Sequence record: DRR723986_5348
Reading direction: 5' to 3' (one strand)
Length of the DNA stretch: 42,992 nt
A program made the position numbers and the translations under genes. Positions within the stretch are counted from its first letter, which is position 1. Each line of letters begins with the position of its first letter. Shown here piece after piece: positions 1 through 8,874 of the stretch. The notes under the pieces are model-generated. The model was not told the DNA's origin. It made no database searches and saw only the letters and a list, made by a program, of their open reading frames with translations.

Positions 1-47
1 ACACAAGGATTTTCAGTCCTTTGCTCTACCAACTGAGCTAAGGCACC
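1..47 (-). tRNA. tRNA-Phe(GAA), 5' part; 3' end lies outside the window
   Basis: Reverse complement reads GGTGCCT TA GCTC AGTTGGTA GAGC A AAGGA CT-GAA-AA TCCTT GTGT: acceptor 5' strand, D arm, and anticodon arm with GAA. Confidence 0.96.
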
Positions 48-68
48 AGTTGCTTAAATAAGCGGATG

Positions 69-99
69 CAAATATATACTCATTTTTAGTATTACCAAA
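69..99 (-). promoter_or_regulatory. Bacteroidota housekeeping promoter for tRNA-Phe
   Basis: On the minus strand, TTTG (96-99), a 19-nt spacer and TATATTTG (69-76) match the -33/-7 consensus TTTG-N19-21-TAnnTTTG. Confidence 0.85.
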
Positions 100-124
100 A
101 AGAAATTTACAAAATTTGATTTTA

Positions 125-132
125 TAAATTTG
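125..132 (+). promoter_or_regulatory. -7 promoter element for the coaX operon
   Basis: TAAATTTG (TAnnTTTG) 17 nt upstream of the coaX ATG; no clean -33 element. Confidence 0.65.
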
Positions 133-149
133 CCATATAGTCAAAGCTT

Positions 150-878
150 ATGAATCTTGTAGTAGATGTGGGTAATACCTTTGTGAAATTTGCAGTTTAT
201 AAAAAAGAAGAACTTATTTATAAAAGCAGTTTTAAACTTTCGGAATTTAAACGACAATTTAAACAAGTAGGAAAGGAGCATCCAAATATTGAATCAGCAA
301 TAATCTCATCCGTTGGTCGATTAAGTCGAAATGAAATTGAGCTTATAGATAATGATTTAACAATTCTTGAACTCAATTCTAAAACAAAACTCCCCTTTAA
401 TAATTGTTATAAAACACCCGAAACATTAGGTGTAGATCGTATAGCATTGGTTAGTGCTTCAGTAAAACAATTTCCTGATAATAACACTTTAATAATTGAT
501 GCAGGTACCTGTATTACTTATGATTTTATAACTGATAAAAATGACTATTTAGGAGGTGCCATTTCTCCAGGAATTAGGTTGCGTTATATTAGTTTAAATA
601 ATTTAACAGCAAATCTCCCATTATTAGATACCGACCGACCAGAATCTTTAATTGGAAGCACTACAGAATCATCAATACATTCTGGTGTTGTAAATGGCGT
701 AGTTAAGGAAATAGATGGTATAATTGACCAATATCTGTTAGATTACCCAGATTTAACAGTTATTTTAACAGGTGGAGATGCCAAATTTTTGTCAAACCAA
801 TTAAAAAATAGCATATTTGCGAATTCAAATTTTCTATTAGAAGGCTTGAATTTTATTCTAGATTATAACTCAAAATAA
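150..878 (+). CDS. coaX: Type III pantothenate kinase
   Basis: VDVGNT N-terminal motif, LGVDR, IDAGTCITYD, GGAISPG and LTGGD motifs; 242 aa. Confidence 0.96.
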   Translation: MNLVVDVGNTFVKFAVYKKEELIYKSSFKLSEFKRQFKQVGKEHPNIESAIISSVGRLSRNEIELIDNDLTILELNSKTKLPFNNCYKTPETLGVDRIALVSASVKQFPDNNTLIIDAGTCITYDFITDKNDYLGGAISPGIRLRYISLNNLTANLPLLDTDRPESLIGSTTESSIHSGVVNGVVKEIDGIIDQYLLDYPDLTVILTGGDAKFLSNQLKNSIFANSNFLLEGLNFILDYNSK

Positions 879-2197
879 TGATAAAACGACTCATTGTAAT
901 TTGTATTACAATTATTAGTTCTTACGGCTTTGCGCAACAGGGAACGGCATCTCCATATTCATTTTATGGATTAGGTAGTCTTAAATTTAAAGGAACCGTA
1001 GAAAACCGTAGCATGGGAGGTATTAGTGTATATTTAGATAGTATACATATAAACCTCAGAAACCCAGCTGCATATGTAGGTAAAAATATTGAGACTAATC
1101 CTTTTAATAACGAAAGTAGGCCTGTAAAATTTTCAGTTGCAGGTACAGTTAGTGAACTAAAATTGAAAAGTAATTCGTCAGAAGAAAGTGCTAATAGCTC
1201 TACTTTTGATTACTTAGCTGTATCAGTCCCGATTGGTAAGTTTGGTTTTGGTTTTGGACTTCTCCCTTATACTTCTGTTGGTTATAAACTCGATGATTTT
1301 AATAGTGATAACGAATTAGAATACAGATACCGAGGAGAAGGAGGTACCAACAGAGTTTATGCAGGTTTAGGATATCAAATTTCAGACAAGTTAAGTGCTG
1401 GTATAGATATTAATTATAATTTTGGTAATATTCAGAATACGGCTATCGAATTAGAATATACGCCAGAAGGTGAACTGGTTCAGTTTCAAACAAGAGAAAA
1501 TAGTAGATCAGACTTGAGTGGTCTTAGTGTAAATCTCGGTTTCGCTTATAAATCTATGGTTACTGATAAATTAGAACTATCTGCAACAGCAACATATGCG
1601 CCAGAAAGCAAACTGAATTCCTTAAATGAACGATCTTATTCTTCAATCTTACTAAATCAATTCACTGGCGAAGAACTTGTGAGAAACACAATTGACGACG
1701 ATTTAGAATCACAAGGATTGGATGAAACAGAAATAACAATTCCATCACAACTAACATTTGGAGCGGGAATTGGGAGGCCAAAAACATGGTTTGTCGGTGC
1801 TGAATATACTTTACAGAATACCGCAGACTTTTCTAATCCTTTTTTTAACAGCGAAATTTCTACTTTCGAAAATTCTTCGAGATTTGCTGTTGGAGGATTC
1901 TATATTCCTAACTATAATGCATTCTCTGGCTACTTTAAACGTGTGGTTTACAGGGCAGGTTTTAACTTCGGGAATACTGGTTTAGTAATAAAAGATGAAT
2001 CAATTAAGGAGTTTGGCATATCTTTTGGATTAGGATTACCAGTTGGGAACCGAAGTCTATTTTCAAACGCCAATATTGGAGTAGAATACGGACAAAGAGG
2101 AACAACAAAGAAAAATCTAATTCAAGAGAATTTTTTAAACTTCAACATAAGTTTATCTTTTAATTCTAGATGGTTTCAAAAAAGAAAGTATGACTAA
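878..2197 (+). CDS. bamG: FadL-like outer membrane beta-barrel protein, probable Bacteroidota BAM complex subunit BamG
   Basis: Signal peptide ending SYGFA|Q, N-terminal SPYSFYGLG...RSMGG...NPAA plug-like segment typical of the FadL/PorV superfamily, many alternating beta-strands, C-terminal WFQKRKYD. The barrel call is strong. The BamG name rests on recalled synteny (coaX-barrel-TPR-lptC), not on an alignment. Confidence 0.7.
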   Translation: MIKRLIVICITIISSYGFAQQGTASPYSFYGLGSLKFKGTVENRSMGGISVYLDSIHINLRNPAAYVGKNIETNPFNNESRPVKFSVAGTVSELKLKSNSSEESANSSTFDYLAVSVPIGKFGFGFGLLPYTSVGYKLDDFNSDNELEYRYRGEGGTNRVYAGLGYQISDKLSAGIDINYNFGNIQNTAIELEYTPEGELVQFQTRENSRSDLSGLSVNLGFAYKSMVTDKLELSATATYAPESKLNSLNERSYSSILLNQFTGEELVRNTIDDDLESQGLDETEITIPSQLTFGAGIGRPKTWFVGAEYTLQNTADFSNPFFNSEISTFENSSRFAVGGFYIPNYNAFSGYFKRVVYRAGFNFGNTGLVIKDESIKEFGISFGLGLPVGNRSLFSNANIGVEYGQRGTTKKNLIQENFLNFNISLSFNSRWFQKRKYD

Positions 2198-2213
2198 CAT
2201 TAATAATAATAAC

Positions 2214-3572
2214 ATGAAGATGAGAATTACTATAATGCTGATAGCACTTTTTGTGAGTTTTAACTTTGGTTTTGCTCAACAAGATGAAGAGTGCATGAAT
2301 AATTTATCAATATTTGATAGTTATGTAAAAAGCAAAAAGTACAATGATGCTTACGGACCTTGGAAAATTGTAAGAGAAAAATGTCCAAAATTTAACAGAG
2401 CAATTTATGTTCATGGTGAGAAAATCTTGAAGCATAAAATTGAGAACTCGACAGGTGCTGAGCAAGTAGCTCATATCAATGACTTAATGAAACTTTACGA
2501 TCAGAGTAGAGAGCATTTTTCGTCTAAGTACGATTTGGGTGAAATAGTAGTAGATAAAGCAAATTTAGCATATAAGTACAGAAAGGAGCTAGGTAAAACT
2601 ACTGAGCAGCTGTATAATATGTTCGATGAAGCTTTTACTAAAGATGTAGAAAATTTTGATGATCCTAAAGGTCTTTACACATATTTTTCACTTGCCGTAG
2701 ATTTATTCGACGCAGGGAAAATGCCAGCTCAGGACATGTTCGATAAGTATGATGATGTTATGGAGCTTATAGAAAATATCGTTTCTAAAAGTACCAATGG
2801 TTTAAATAAAATAGTCGCTAAGGAAGAATCAGAGCAACCATTAACCAAAAGAGAAAAGAGTCTTAAAAAGTACTATTTATCTAGTTTAAAGGCATTTGAA
2901 GAGCAAGTAATTCCTAGTATGGATAAAAAGCTTGGTGATAGAGCAACTTGTGATGTACTTATTCCATTATACCAAAAGAATTTTGAAGAAAACAAGAATG
3001 ACGAGATTTGGTTACAACGTGCAATGAATAGAATGTATACAAAAGGTTGTAAGGAAGATCCATTATTCTTAAAGTTAGTAGAGCAAAAGAACAACATTCA
3101 GCCTACGGCAGATACTGCATTTTACCTTTACTTGTTAACTGGTGAGAAAAAGTATTTCGATCAAACAATTACTTTAGAGACTGACCCTTTAAAGAAAGCG
3201 AAGTTGTATAAGAAACTTGCTGGTGATCTTAAATCTAAAGGTAGCTATGGTAGAGCTAGACAGTACTATATGGAGGCTTTAAAGTTAAACCCATCAGATG
3301 GTAGTCCTTATTTATCTATAGCAGCAATGTACGCTAGTAGTGCCAATAATTGTGGTGATACAACGTTTAATAAGAGAGCTGTATTTTGGTTAGCTGCAAA
3401 TACTGCAGAGAAAGCTGGTAGAGTAGATACCCGATTAAGAAAGGCAGCTGCTCAAACAGCGGCAAGTTATAGAGCTAAAGCACCAAGTAAAACAGATATC
3501 TTTAACTGTACATGTTCGGGTGAGGTTATTAAGATTGGATGTTGGATTGGTCGTTCAGTTACTGTACCATAA
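2214..3572 (+). CDS. Exported (periplasmic) all-helical TPR protein, function unknown
   Basis: Start at ATG 2214 (or 2220) gives a normal signal peptide ending FGFA|Q. TPR-like unit AKLYKKLAGDLKSKGSYGRARQYYMEALKLNP; eight Cys residues. Confidence 0.85.
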   Translation: MKMRITIMLIALFVSFNFGFAQQDEECMNNLSIFDSYVKSKKYNDAYGPWKIVREKCPKFNRAIYVHGEKILKHKIENSTGAEQVAHINDLMKLYDQSREHFSSKYDLGEIVVDKANLAYKYRKELGKTTEQLYNMFDEAFTKDVENFDDPKGLYTYFSLAVDLFDAGKMPAQDMFDKYDDVMELIENIVSKSTNGLNKIVAKEESEQPLTKREKSLKKYYLSSLKAFEEQVIPSMDKKLGDRATCDVLIPLYQKNFEENKNDEIWLQRAMNRMYTKGCKEDPLFLKLVEQKNNIQPTADTAFYLYLLTGEKKYFDQTITLETDPLKKAKLYKKLAGDLKSKGSYGRARQYYMEALKLNPSDGSPYLSIAAMYASSANNCGDTTFNKRAVFWLAANTAEKAGRVDTRLRKAAAQTAASYRAKAPSKTDIFNCTCSGEVIKIGCWIGRSVTVP

Positions 3573-3575
3573 AAA

Positions 3576-4142
3576 ATGAAACATAAAAGGTTATACATAT
3601 TAAAGAGCATAGTCACAGCAGTTGTTGTGACTATGTTTTTTTCTTGTAAAAACAATTTTGGAGATGTTCAAAAAGTTGGAGTTCTGCAGAATCAGCCTGT
3701 AGGTGAGGCAAAAAACATAGACTTAAAGTATACTGAGTATGAAGACTCAGTAGTGAAATTACTTGCAAACCTAAAAAGCCCAAACTTATTAGATTACTCA
3801 AATAGACCTTTTAAATTTACTGAGTTTCCTGAAGGAATAGAGTTAATAATTTATGGAGATGGAAACGAAGAAACCAAAATATTAGCTGATTATGCCGTTT
3901 CTTATGCAGATACAGACATTATTGATTTGCAAGGAAACGTAATTATTGCAACACAGGATAGAGATACATTGTTTACAGAACAACTTTTTTACAATCAACA
4001 GCTAGAATGGATTTTTACTAATTATCCATTTTATTTTAAGCGTACTACAGGTTTTACAAAAGGTAATGGTTTTGATTCTGATAAAAACTTTGAGAACTTT
4101 AAAATGTTAGAAATGGGTGGCGATTTTGAACTTGATAATTAA
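3576..4142 (+). CDS. lptC: LPS export protein LptC homolog with lipoprotein signal
   Basis: Lipobox MFFS-C. FPEGI, ILADYA, IDLQGNVII, LFTEQLFYN and GNGFDSD segments are typical of Bacteroidota LptC beta-jellyroll proteins. Confidence 0.85.
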   Translation: MKHKRLYILKSIVTAVVVTMFFSCKNNFGDVQKVGVLQNQPVGEAKNIDLKYTEYEDSVVKLLANLKSPNLLDYSNRPFKFTEFPEGIELIIYGDGNEETKILADYAVSYADTDIIDLQGNVIIATQDRDTLFTEQLFYNQQLEWIFTNYPFYFKRTTGFTKGNGFDSDKNFENFKMLEMGGDFELDN

Positions 4143-4143
4143 C

Positions 4144-4151
4144 TATCTTTG
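4144..4151 (+). promoter_or_regulatory. Internal -7 promoter element
   Basis: TATCTTTG immediately after the lptC stop, 27 nt upstream of the 63-aa ORF. Confidence 0.6.
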
Positions 4152-4178
4152 TACTTCATTAATTAGATTAATCAACCC

Positions 4179-4370
4179 ATGAAGATTCTTCAGTTTTTTC
4201 AATATGCTTACATTATTTTTGCAGCCTTATTTCTTTGGGACGCCATTTCTAATTGGTCTGTAGATAGAAATAGAGCATATATGTCTTTGCTTTTTACAGC
4301 CTTGGCGATTTTTATGTTCTTCTTTAGAAAACGCTTTAGAAAAAAGTTTGAGGATCGTAATAAAAAGTAA
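4179..4370 (+). CDS. Small two-TM membrane protein with basic C-terminal tail
   Basis: Fills the gap between lptC and the CorC-family gene on the same strand (3-nt gap downstream); two hydrophobic segments, tail RKRFRKKF, upstream promoter motif. Confidence 0.8.
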   Translation: MKILQFFQYAYIIFAALFLWDAISNWSVDRNRAYMSLLFTALAIFMFFFRKRFRKKFEDRNKK

Positions 4371-4373
4371 TAC

Positions 4374-5663
4374 GTGACTGTAGATATAGTCATTATTGTA
4401 AGCACTCTTATATTGTCTGCGTTTTTCTCGGGTATGGAAATTGCTTACGTATCTTCCAATAAAATTCATATAGAATTAGAAAAAAAGCAAGGTGATTTTC
4501 TAGGTAAAATTCTAAGTAAATTAACCGAAAAACCATCAAAATATATTGCTACCATGCTTATTGGTAACAACATAGCCTTGGTTATTTACGGTTTTAAAAT
4601 GGGTGATGTTTTGGTGCGTTGGTTTAAGTCCTTATTACCTGCAGATAGTACGTTAATCACCTATTTTCTAACCGATCTTCAGCTATTGACTCAAACTATA
4701 ATATCTACAATTGTAATTTTAATTACTGCAGAGTTTTTACCTAAAGTATTTTTTCAAATTTATGCCAATACCTTGCTAAAAATTCTCGCATTACCAACTT
4801 ATATTTTTTACGTTTTATTTTCTTGGATTTCTGACTTTGTCCTTTGGATATCAGATGCTTTTTTAAAAAATGTTTTCAAGGCATCTGGAGAAGATGTGGC
4901 TTTGGCAATGACTAAGGTAGAACTTGGTAATTATATAAGTGAACAAATGGAATCTGTAGAAGATCATGAAGATGTAGACAGCGAAATACAAATATTTCAA
5001 AATGCATTAGAGTTTTCTGATGTTAAGGCAAGAGAGGTTATGGTGCCTAGAACAGAAATTACTGCAGTAGATATTTCTGATTCTATTGAAAATTTGAGAC
5101 AACTTTTTATTGATTCTGGCAGAACGAAAATTATTGTATATAAAAACTCTATAGACGATATATTGGGTTATGCACATGCTTTTGAGTTATTTAAAAAGCC
5201 AAAGTCCATAAAATCAATAATTGTTCCAGTAGGGTTTGTGCCAGAAACTATACTTATCAAAGACGTACTAAATATTCTAACAAAAAAAAGGCGTAGTATT
5301 TCTGTGGTCATTGATGAATATGGTGGTACATCTGGTATAATGACTGTAGAAGATATTATTGAAGAGTTATTTGGTGAAATTGAAGATGAGCATGATAATG
5401 TAGCACTGATTGAAGAACAAATAAATGAAAACACGTATAAGTTTTCGGCGAGACTAGAGGTAGATTATATCAATGAAACCTATAAATTAAATTTACCAGA
5501 GGGAGAGAATTATGAAACTTTGGGAGGTTTAATTGTTAATGCAACCGAAGAAATACCGCAGGTAAATGACGATGTGCAGATCGATAATTTTAAATTTACA
5601 ATAGAAGAAGTATCATCGACAAAAATCGATATAGTACAGTTAAAAATCCTCGAAGTTGACTAA
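4374..5663 (+). CDS. CNNM/HlyC/CorC family membrane protein (DUF21 + CBS pair + CorC_HlyC), putative Mg2+/Co2+ transporter
   Basis: SAFFSGMEIA, LIGNNI, AEFLPK, VMVPR, VIDEYGGTSGIMTVEDIIEELFGEIEDEHD and YETLGG motifs; GTG start. Confidence 0.93.
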   Translation: MTVDIVIIVSTLILSAFFSGMEIAYVSSNKIHIELEKKQGDFLGKILSKLTEKPSKYIATMLIGNNIALVIYGFKMGDVLVRWFKSLLPADSTLITYFLTDLQLLTQTIISTIVILITAEFLPKVFFQIYANTLLKILALPTYIFYVLFSWISDFVLWISDAFLKNVFKASGEDVALAMTKVELGNYISEQMESVEDHEDVDSEIQIFQNALEFSDVKAREVMVPRTEITAVDISDSIENLRQLFIDSGRTKIIVYKNSIDDILGYAHAFELFKKPKSIKSIIVPVGFVPETILIKDVLNILTKKRRSISVVIDEYGGTSGIMTVEDIIEELFGEIEDEHDNVALIEEQINENTYKFSARLEVDYINETYKLNLPEGENYETLGGLIVNATEEIPQVNDDVQIDNFKFTIEEVSSTKIDIVQLKILEVD

Positions 5664-5759
5664 TCTCTAGATGTACCTATAAAAACTAGGCTTCTCCTTT
5701 TATTATTTGGTAGAAAATACTATTTTCGCAGACTTATTTATCCCAAATAAAACAGTAAT

Positions 5760-7910
5760 ATGGCAGTTTTAAATAAAATTAGACAACGCTCACTAATACT
5801 AATATTAGTAATTGCAATGGCGTTATTTTCATTCGTAATTGGAGACTTGTTTAAAAACTCTGATGCTTTAACAGGTGGTGCACAAGATGTAGTTGCAACT
5901 GTTAACGGCAAAGATATAATGCGTGATGAGTTTCAAAGAAAAGTAAAAAGTTATCAAGATAGAGTTGGTCCTAGTCAGACTGCTACTCAATCTATGAATG
6001 CAGTTTACAATCAAGAGTTACGTAAAATTATTTTAGAATCTGAGTTTGAAGAATTAGGTCTTGGAGTTGAAAAGGACGAAATGCGTGATTTATTGAAAAA
6101 CAGTTTTTCTTCTTATCCAGATTTTCAAGACGAAAATGGAGAATTTGATGTTAATAAGTTAAATAGTTTTATCGCTAACTTGAAAGATCTCAATGGCGAA
6201 ACTGCACCACTTGGAAATTTCTTAGTTAACTATGAAAGCTGGACAAATAACGAACAGACAATAGCTTCTAATGCCGTACAGCAGAGTTATTATAATATGA
6301 TTAAAGCTGGAGTAGGTGCTACAATTGCCGAAGCTGAGGATGAGTATTTTGGTGATGCAAAAACAATTGACATTCGTTATGTGCAAGTTCCTTACACAAG
6401 TATAGCAGATAGTTTGGTGACTGTGTCTAAAACTGATATCAAAGATTACGTGAGTAAAAACGAAGACAAATACAAGGTTGATGCAACTAGTGAAATTGTA
6501 TATGTTGAGTTTAAAGAAGAAGCGTCTAAAGAAGATGAGGATGCTATTAAAGCGGGCTTACTAGGATTAGTTGAAGATAGAGTAGAATACAACGCAAATA
6601 GCAAAAACACAGATACAATTCCAGGATTTAATTCAACACCAGACATCGCTGAGTTCATTAACACCTATTCTGATGTTAAATATAACGACCAGTTTTTAAG
6701 AGCGGCTCAATTACCAGCTGTAGCAAAAGACACACTAATGAGCTTGAATGAAGGTGATTATTATGGTCCATATAGAGATGGTGAGTATTTTAAATTATCT
6801 AAAATTGTTGCAAGAAAACAATTAGCGGATACGGCTAAAGTGAGACACATATTAGTGCCATTTGTTGGAGCCACTAGAGCAGATGCGACAATAACTAAGA
6901 CGCAAGAAGAAGCTAAAGCAACAGCAGATAGTATTTTAGGATTAATCACATCTAGAAAAGCAAAATTTTTAGATTTATTAGAGTTATCATCAGATAAAGC
7001 AAGTAATGAAAAAGAAGGTGTGTTAGAGTTTGGTTATAACGAATCATACGCGCCAGAATTTAAAGAGTTCTCTTTTAATAATGAAAAGGGTGATATAGAA
7101 GTTGTAGGTACATCTTTTGGGTATCACATCATTGAAATTTTAGATCAATATAGCTTTAACAAAGCGCTTAAGGTTGCTACGTTAGCAGATAAAATTGAGC
7201 CTTCTGAGCAAACGCTTCAAGATGTTTTTAACAAAATGTCCAAGTTTGAGATTGCTGCTAAGGATGGTGATTTTAATGAATTGGCTGCGGAGAGAAATTT
7301 ACCAGTTAAGCCTATTGTATTCAAAGAGTTAGATGAAAATATACCTGGGTTAGGAAGTCAGAGAACTATTGTGAAGTGGGCTTTTGAAGATGACACTGAA
7401 GTAGGTGACTTTAAAAATTTCCCAGTGTCTGGTTTCGGATTTATTGTTGCAAAAGTTGTTGAAAAGAATGAGGAAGGATTAATGAATTCGGAAGATGCTG
7501 CAGTAACTGCAGTGCCTGAAATTAGAAAAGAGAAAAAGGCAAAAATGATTCGTGAGAAATTAACTGCGGCATCAGTTGATGATATTGCTAAGAATCAAGC
7601 AGTAACGCCAAGATCAGCTTCTGCGGTTACGATGAAAAATACAACATTATCTGGTGCAGGTGTTGAGCCTAAGGTTATCGGTACTGCATTTGGATTAGCT
7701 GAAGGAGCGACTTCTGGCCCAATTGATGGCGAAAAAGGAGTGTATGTTGTTGAGGTAACTAAAGTAAATGACGCAACAAAATTAGATAACTACGCAGCTA
7801 TAATGAATAGGTTAAATGCTGCTCGTAGAAATACAGTACAAGGTAAAGTATACCAAGCATTGGAAAAGGCAGCCGATATTGATGATAATAGAGCTAAAAC
7901 AGTTTTCTAA
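5760..7910 (+). CDS. ppiD: Membrane-anchored PpiD-like chaperone / peptidyl-prolyl isomerase (SurA_N + parvulin domains)
   Basis: MAVLNKIRQR followed by a single TM anchor, VATVNG, parvulin motifs VRHIL and TSFGYHII; 716 aa. Confidence 0.85.
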   Translation: MAVLNKIRQRSLILILVIAMALFSFVIGDLFKNSDALTGGAQDVVATVNGKDIMRDEFQRKVKSYQDRVGPSQTATQSMNAVYNQELRKIILESEFEELGLGVEKDEMRDLLKNSFSSYPDFQDENGEFDVNKLNSFIANLKDLNGETAPLGNFLVNYESWTNNEQTIASNAVQQSYYNMIKAGVGATIAEAEDEYFGDAKTIDIRYVQVPYTSIADSLVTVSKTDIKDYVSKNEDKYKVDATSEIVYVEFKEEASKEDEDAIKAGLLGLVEDRVEYNANSKNTDTIPGFNSTPDIAEFINTYSDVKYNDQFLRAAQLPAVAKDTLMSLNEGDYYGPYRDGEYFKLSKIVARKQLADTAKVRHILVPFVGATRADATITKTQEEAKATADSILGLITSRKAKFLDLLELSSDKASNEKEGVLEFGYNESYAPEFKEFSFNNEKGDIEVVGTSFGYHIIEILDQYSFNKALKVATLADKIEPSEQTLQDVFNKMSKFEIAAKDGDFNELAAERNLPVKPIVFKELDENIPGLGSQRTIVKWAFEDDTEVGDFKNFPVSGFGFIVAKVVEKNEEGLMNSEDAAVTAVPEIRKEKKAKMIREKLTAASVDDIAKNQAVTPRSASAVTMKNTTLSGAGVEPKVIGTAFGLAEGATSGPIDGEKGVYVVEVTKVNDATKLDNYAAIMNRLNAARRNTVQGKVYQALEKAADIDDNRAKTVF

Positions 7911-7926
7911 ATTGTTCTAATAAATT

Positions 7927-7960
7927 AAAAAAGGCTTTGCAGAAATGTGAAGCCTTTTTT
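7927..7960. terminator. Bidirectional intrinsic terminator
   Basis: AAAAAAGGCTTTGCA-GAAA-TGTGAAGCCTTTTTT between the convergent ppiD and GHMP kinase genes. Confidence 0.9.
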
Positions 7961-8870
7961 ATTGCAATATCATTTTAGAATAAGGTATAATGGTGTCATA
8001 ACCTTTTGATTGAAAATAAGCTGAAGGATTTGTTTTTGAAGCAACTAAAACAAAGTCTCCTCCCCAAGCACCTAAACTTTTAACTGCTCCGTCAAAATCA
8101 CCAAACAATCTTGATTTAATGGGTTTTAGATTAATCAGCTGCGCAACAATATTTTCGTGTTGAGTTATAAGGTTTTCAAATTCTGTAAGTGAGACACATT
8201 GTGTGAATTTAATAGTAAGCTCATTAATTTTCTCTATAATTTGGGCGTCTATCTTATTAAGCTTCTTGTAATTAGAAATACCTTCTCTACTATTTTGTTT
8301 TTCATTTAAATAAACAAAATAAAGGTTAGCGTTAAAGGATGGGTTGAAGTAAGTAGTACTAACTTTTGGGCTTAAAGGTGAGGTTATTTGATAGATAATA
8401 GATTGGTTGTGACTGGCACATGCTATATCATAACCACTGCCACCAAATGTTTTATGTAATAATTCATAAGGATTAACATTTGCCCAATTTGCAATATTAT
8501 TTATTAGAGTAGAAGACGTACCTAAACCCCAAAGTCTATTAAAATCTTGATGAGTGGTTACACTAAACCCTTTATTAGATTTTAAGAAATCTGGATTCAG
8601 TTTTTGAGTTTCAGTTAAAATCTCAATTAATCTTTTAGAAATGTCATTTATTGGTTGAGCTGATATTGATTTAATTGGGTTTAAACTAAACTCATCTTCA
8701 AACCAAAGTTCATTCAATTCATTATAGCTCTTCCAGATTAATTTATTAGATTCAATTGCAGTAATAGATAAACTCTGACCATATTTGGTTGGTACAGCAA
8801 GCGCCATAGCACCATCGAGAACTGCATATTCAGCTGTCAATAATAATTTACCGTTACTTCTGAAAGTCAT
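7959..8870 (-). CDS. GYDIA-family GHMP kinase, probable (phospho)mevalonate kinase
   Basis: GKLLLTAEY, WGLGTSS, GGSGYDIA and KSLGAWGGD motifs; lies 4 nt downstream of HMG-CoA reductase. Confidence 0.88.
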   Translation of the reverse strand: MTFRSNGKLLLTAEYAVLDGAMALAVPTKYGQSLSITAIESNKLIWKSYNELNELWFEDEFSLNPIKSISAQPINDISKRLIEILTETQKLNPDFLKSNKGFSVTTHQDFNRLWGLGTSSTLINNIANWANVNPYELLHKTFGGSGYDIACASHNQSIIYQITSPLSPKVSTTYFNPSFNANLYFVYLNEKQNSREGISNYKKLNKIDAQIIEKINELTIKFTQCVSLTEFENLITQHENIVAQLINLKPIKSRLFGDFDGAVKSLGAWGGDFVLVASKTNPSAYFQSKGYDTIIPYSKMILQ

Positions 8871-8874
8871 TAAT

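Noticed and set aside
2190-2213. N-terminal MTNINNNN extension and (AAT)n microsatellite
   Set aside because: More simply an A/T-rich translation initiation region for ATG 2214; the repeat is short and triplet, so not a phase-variation tract.
4374-5663. Calling this gene a hemolysin or gliding gene gldE
   Set aside because: The hemolysin label is a legacy name for the CNNM/CorC family, and no gldD or other gliding genes are adjacent.
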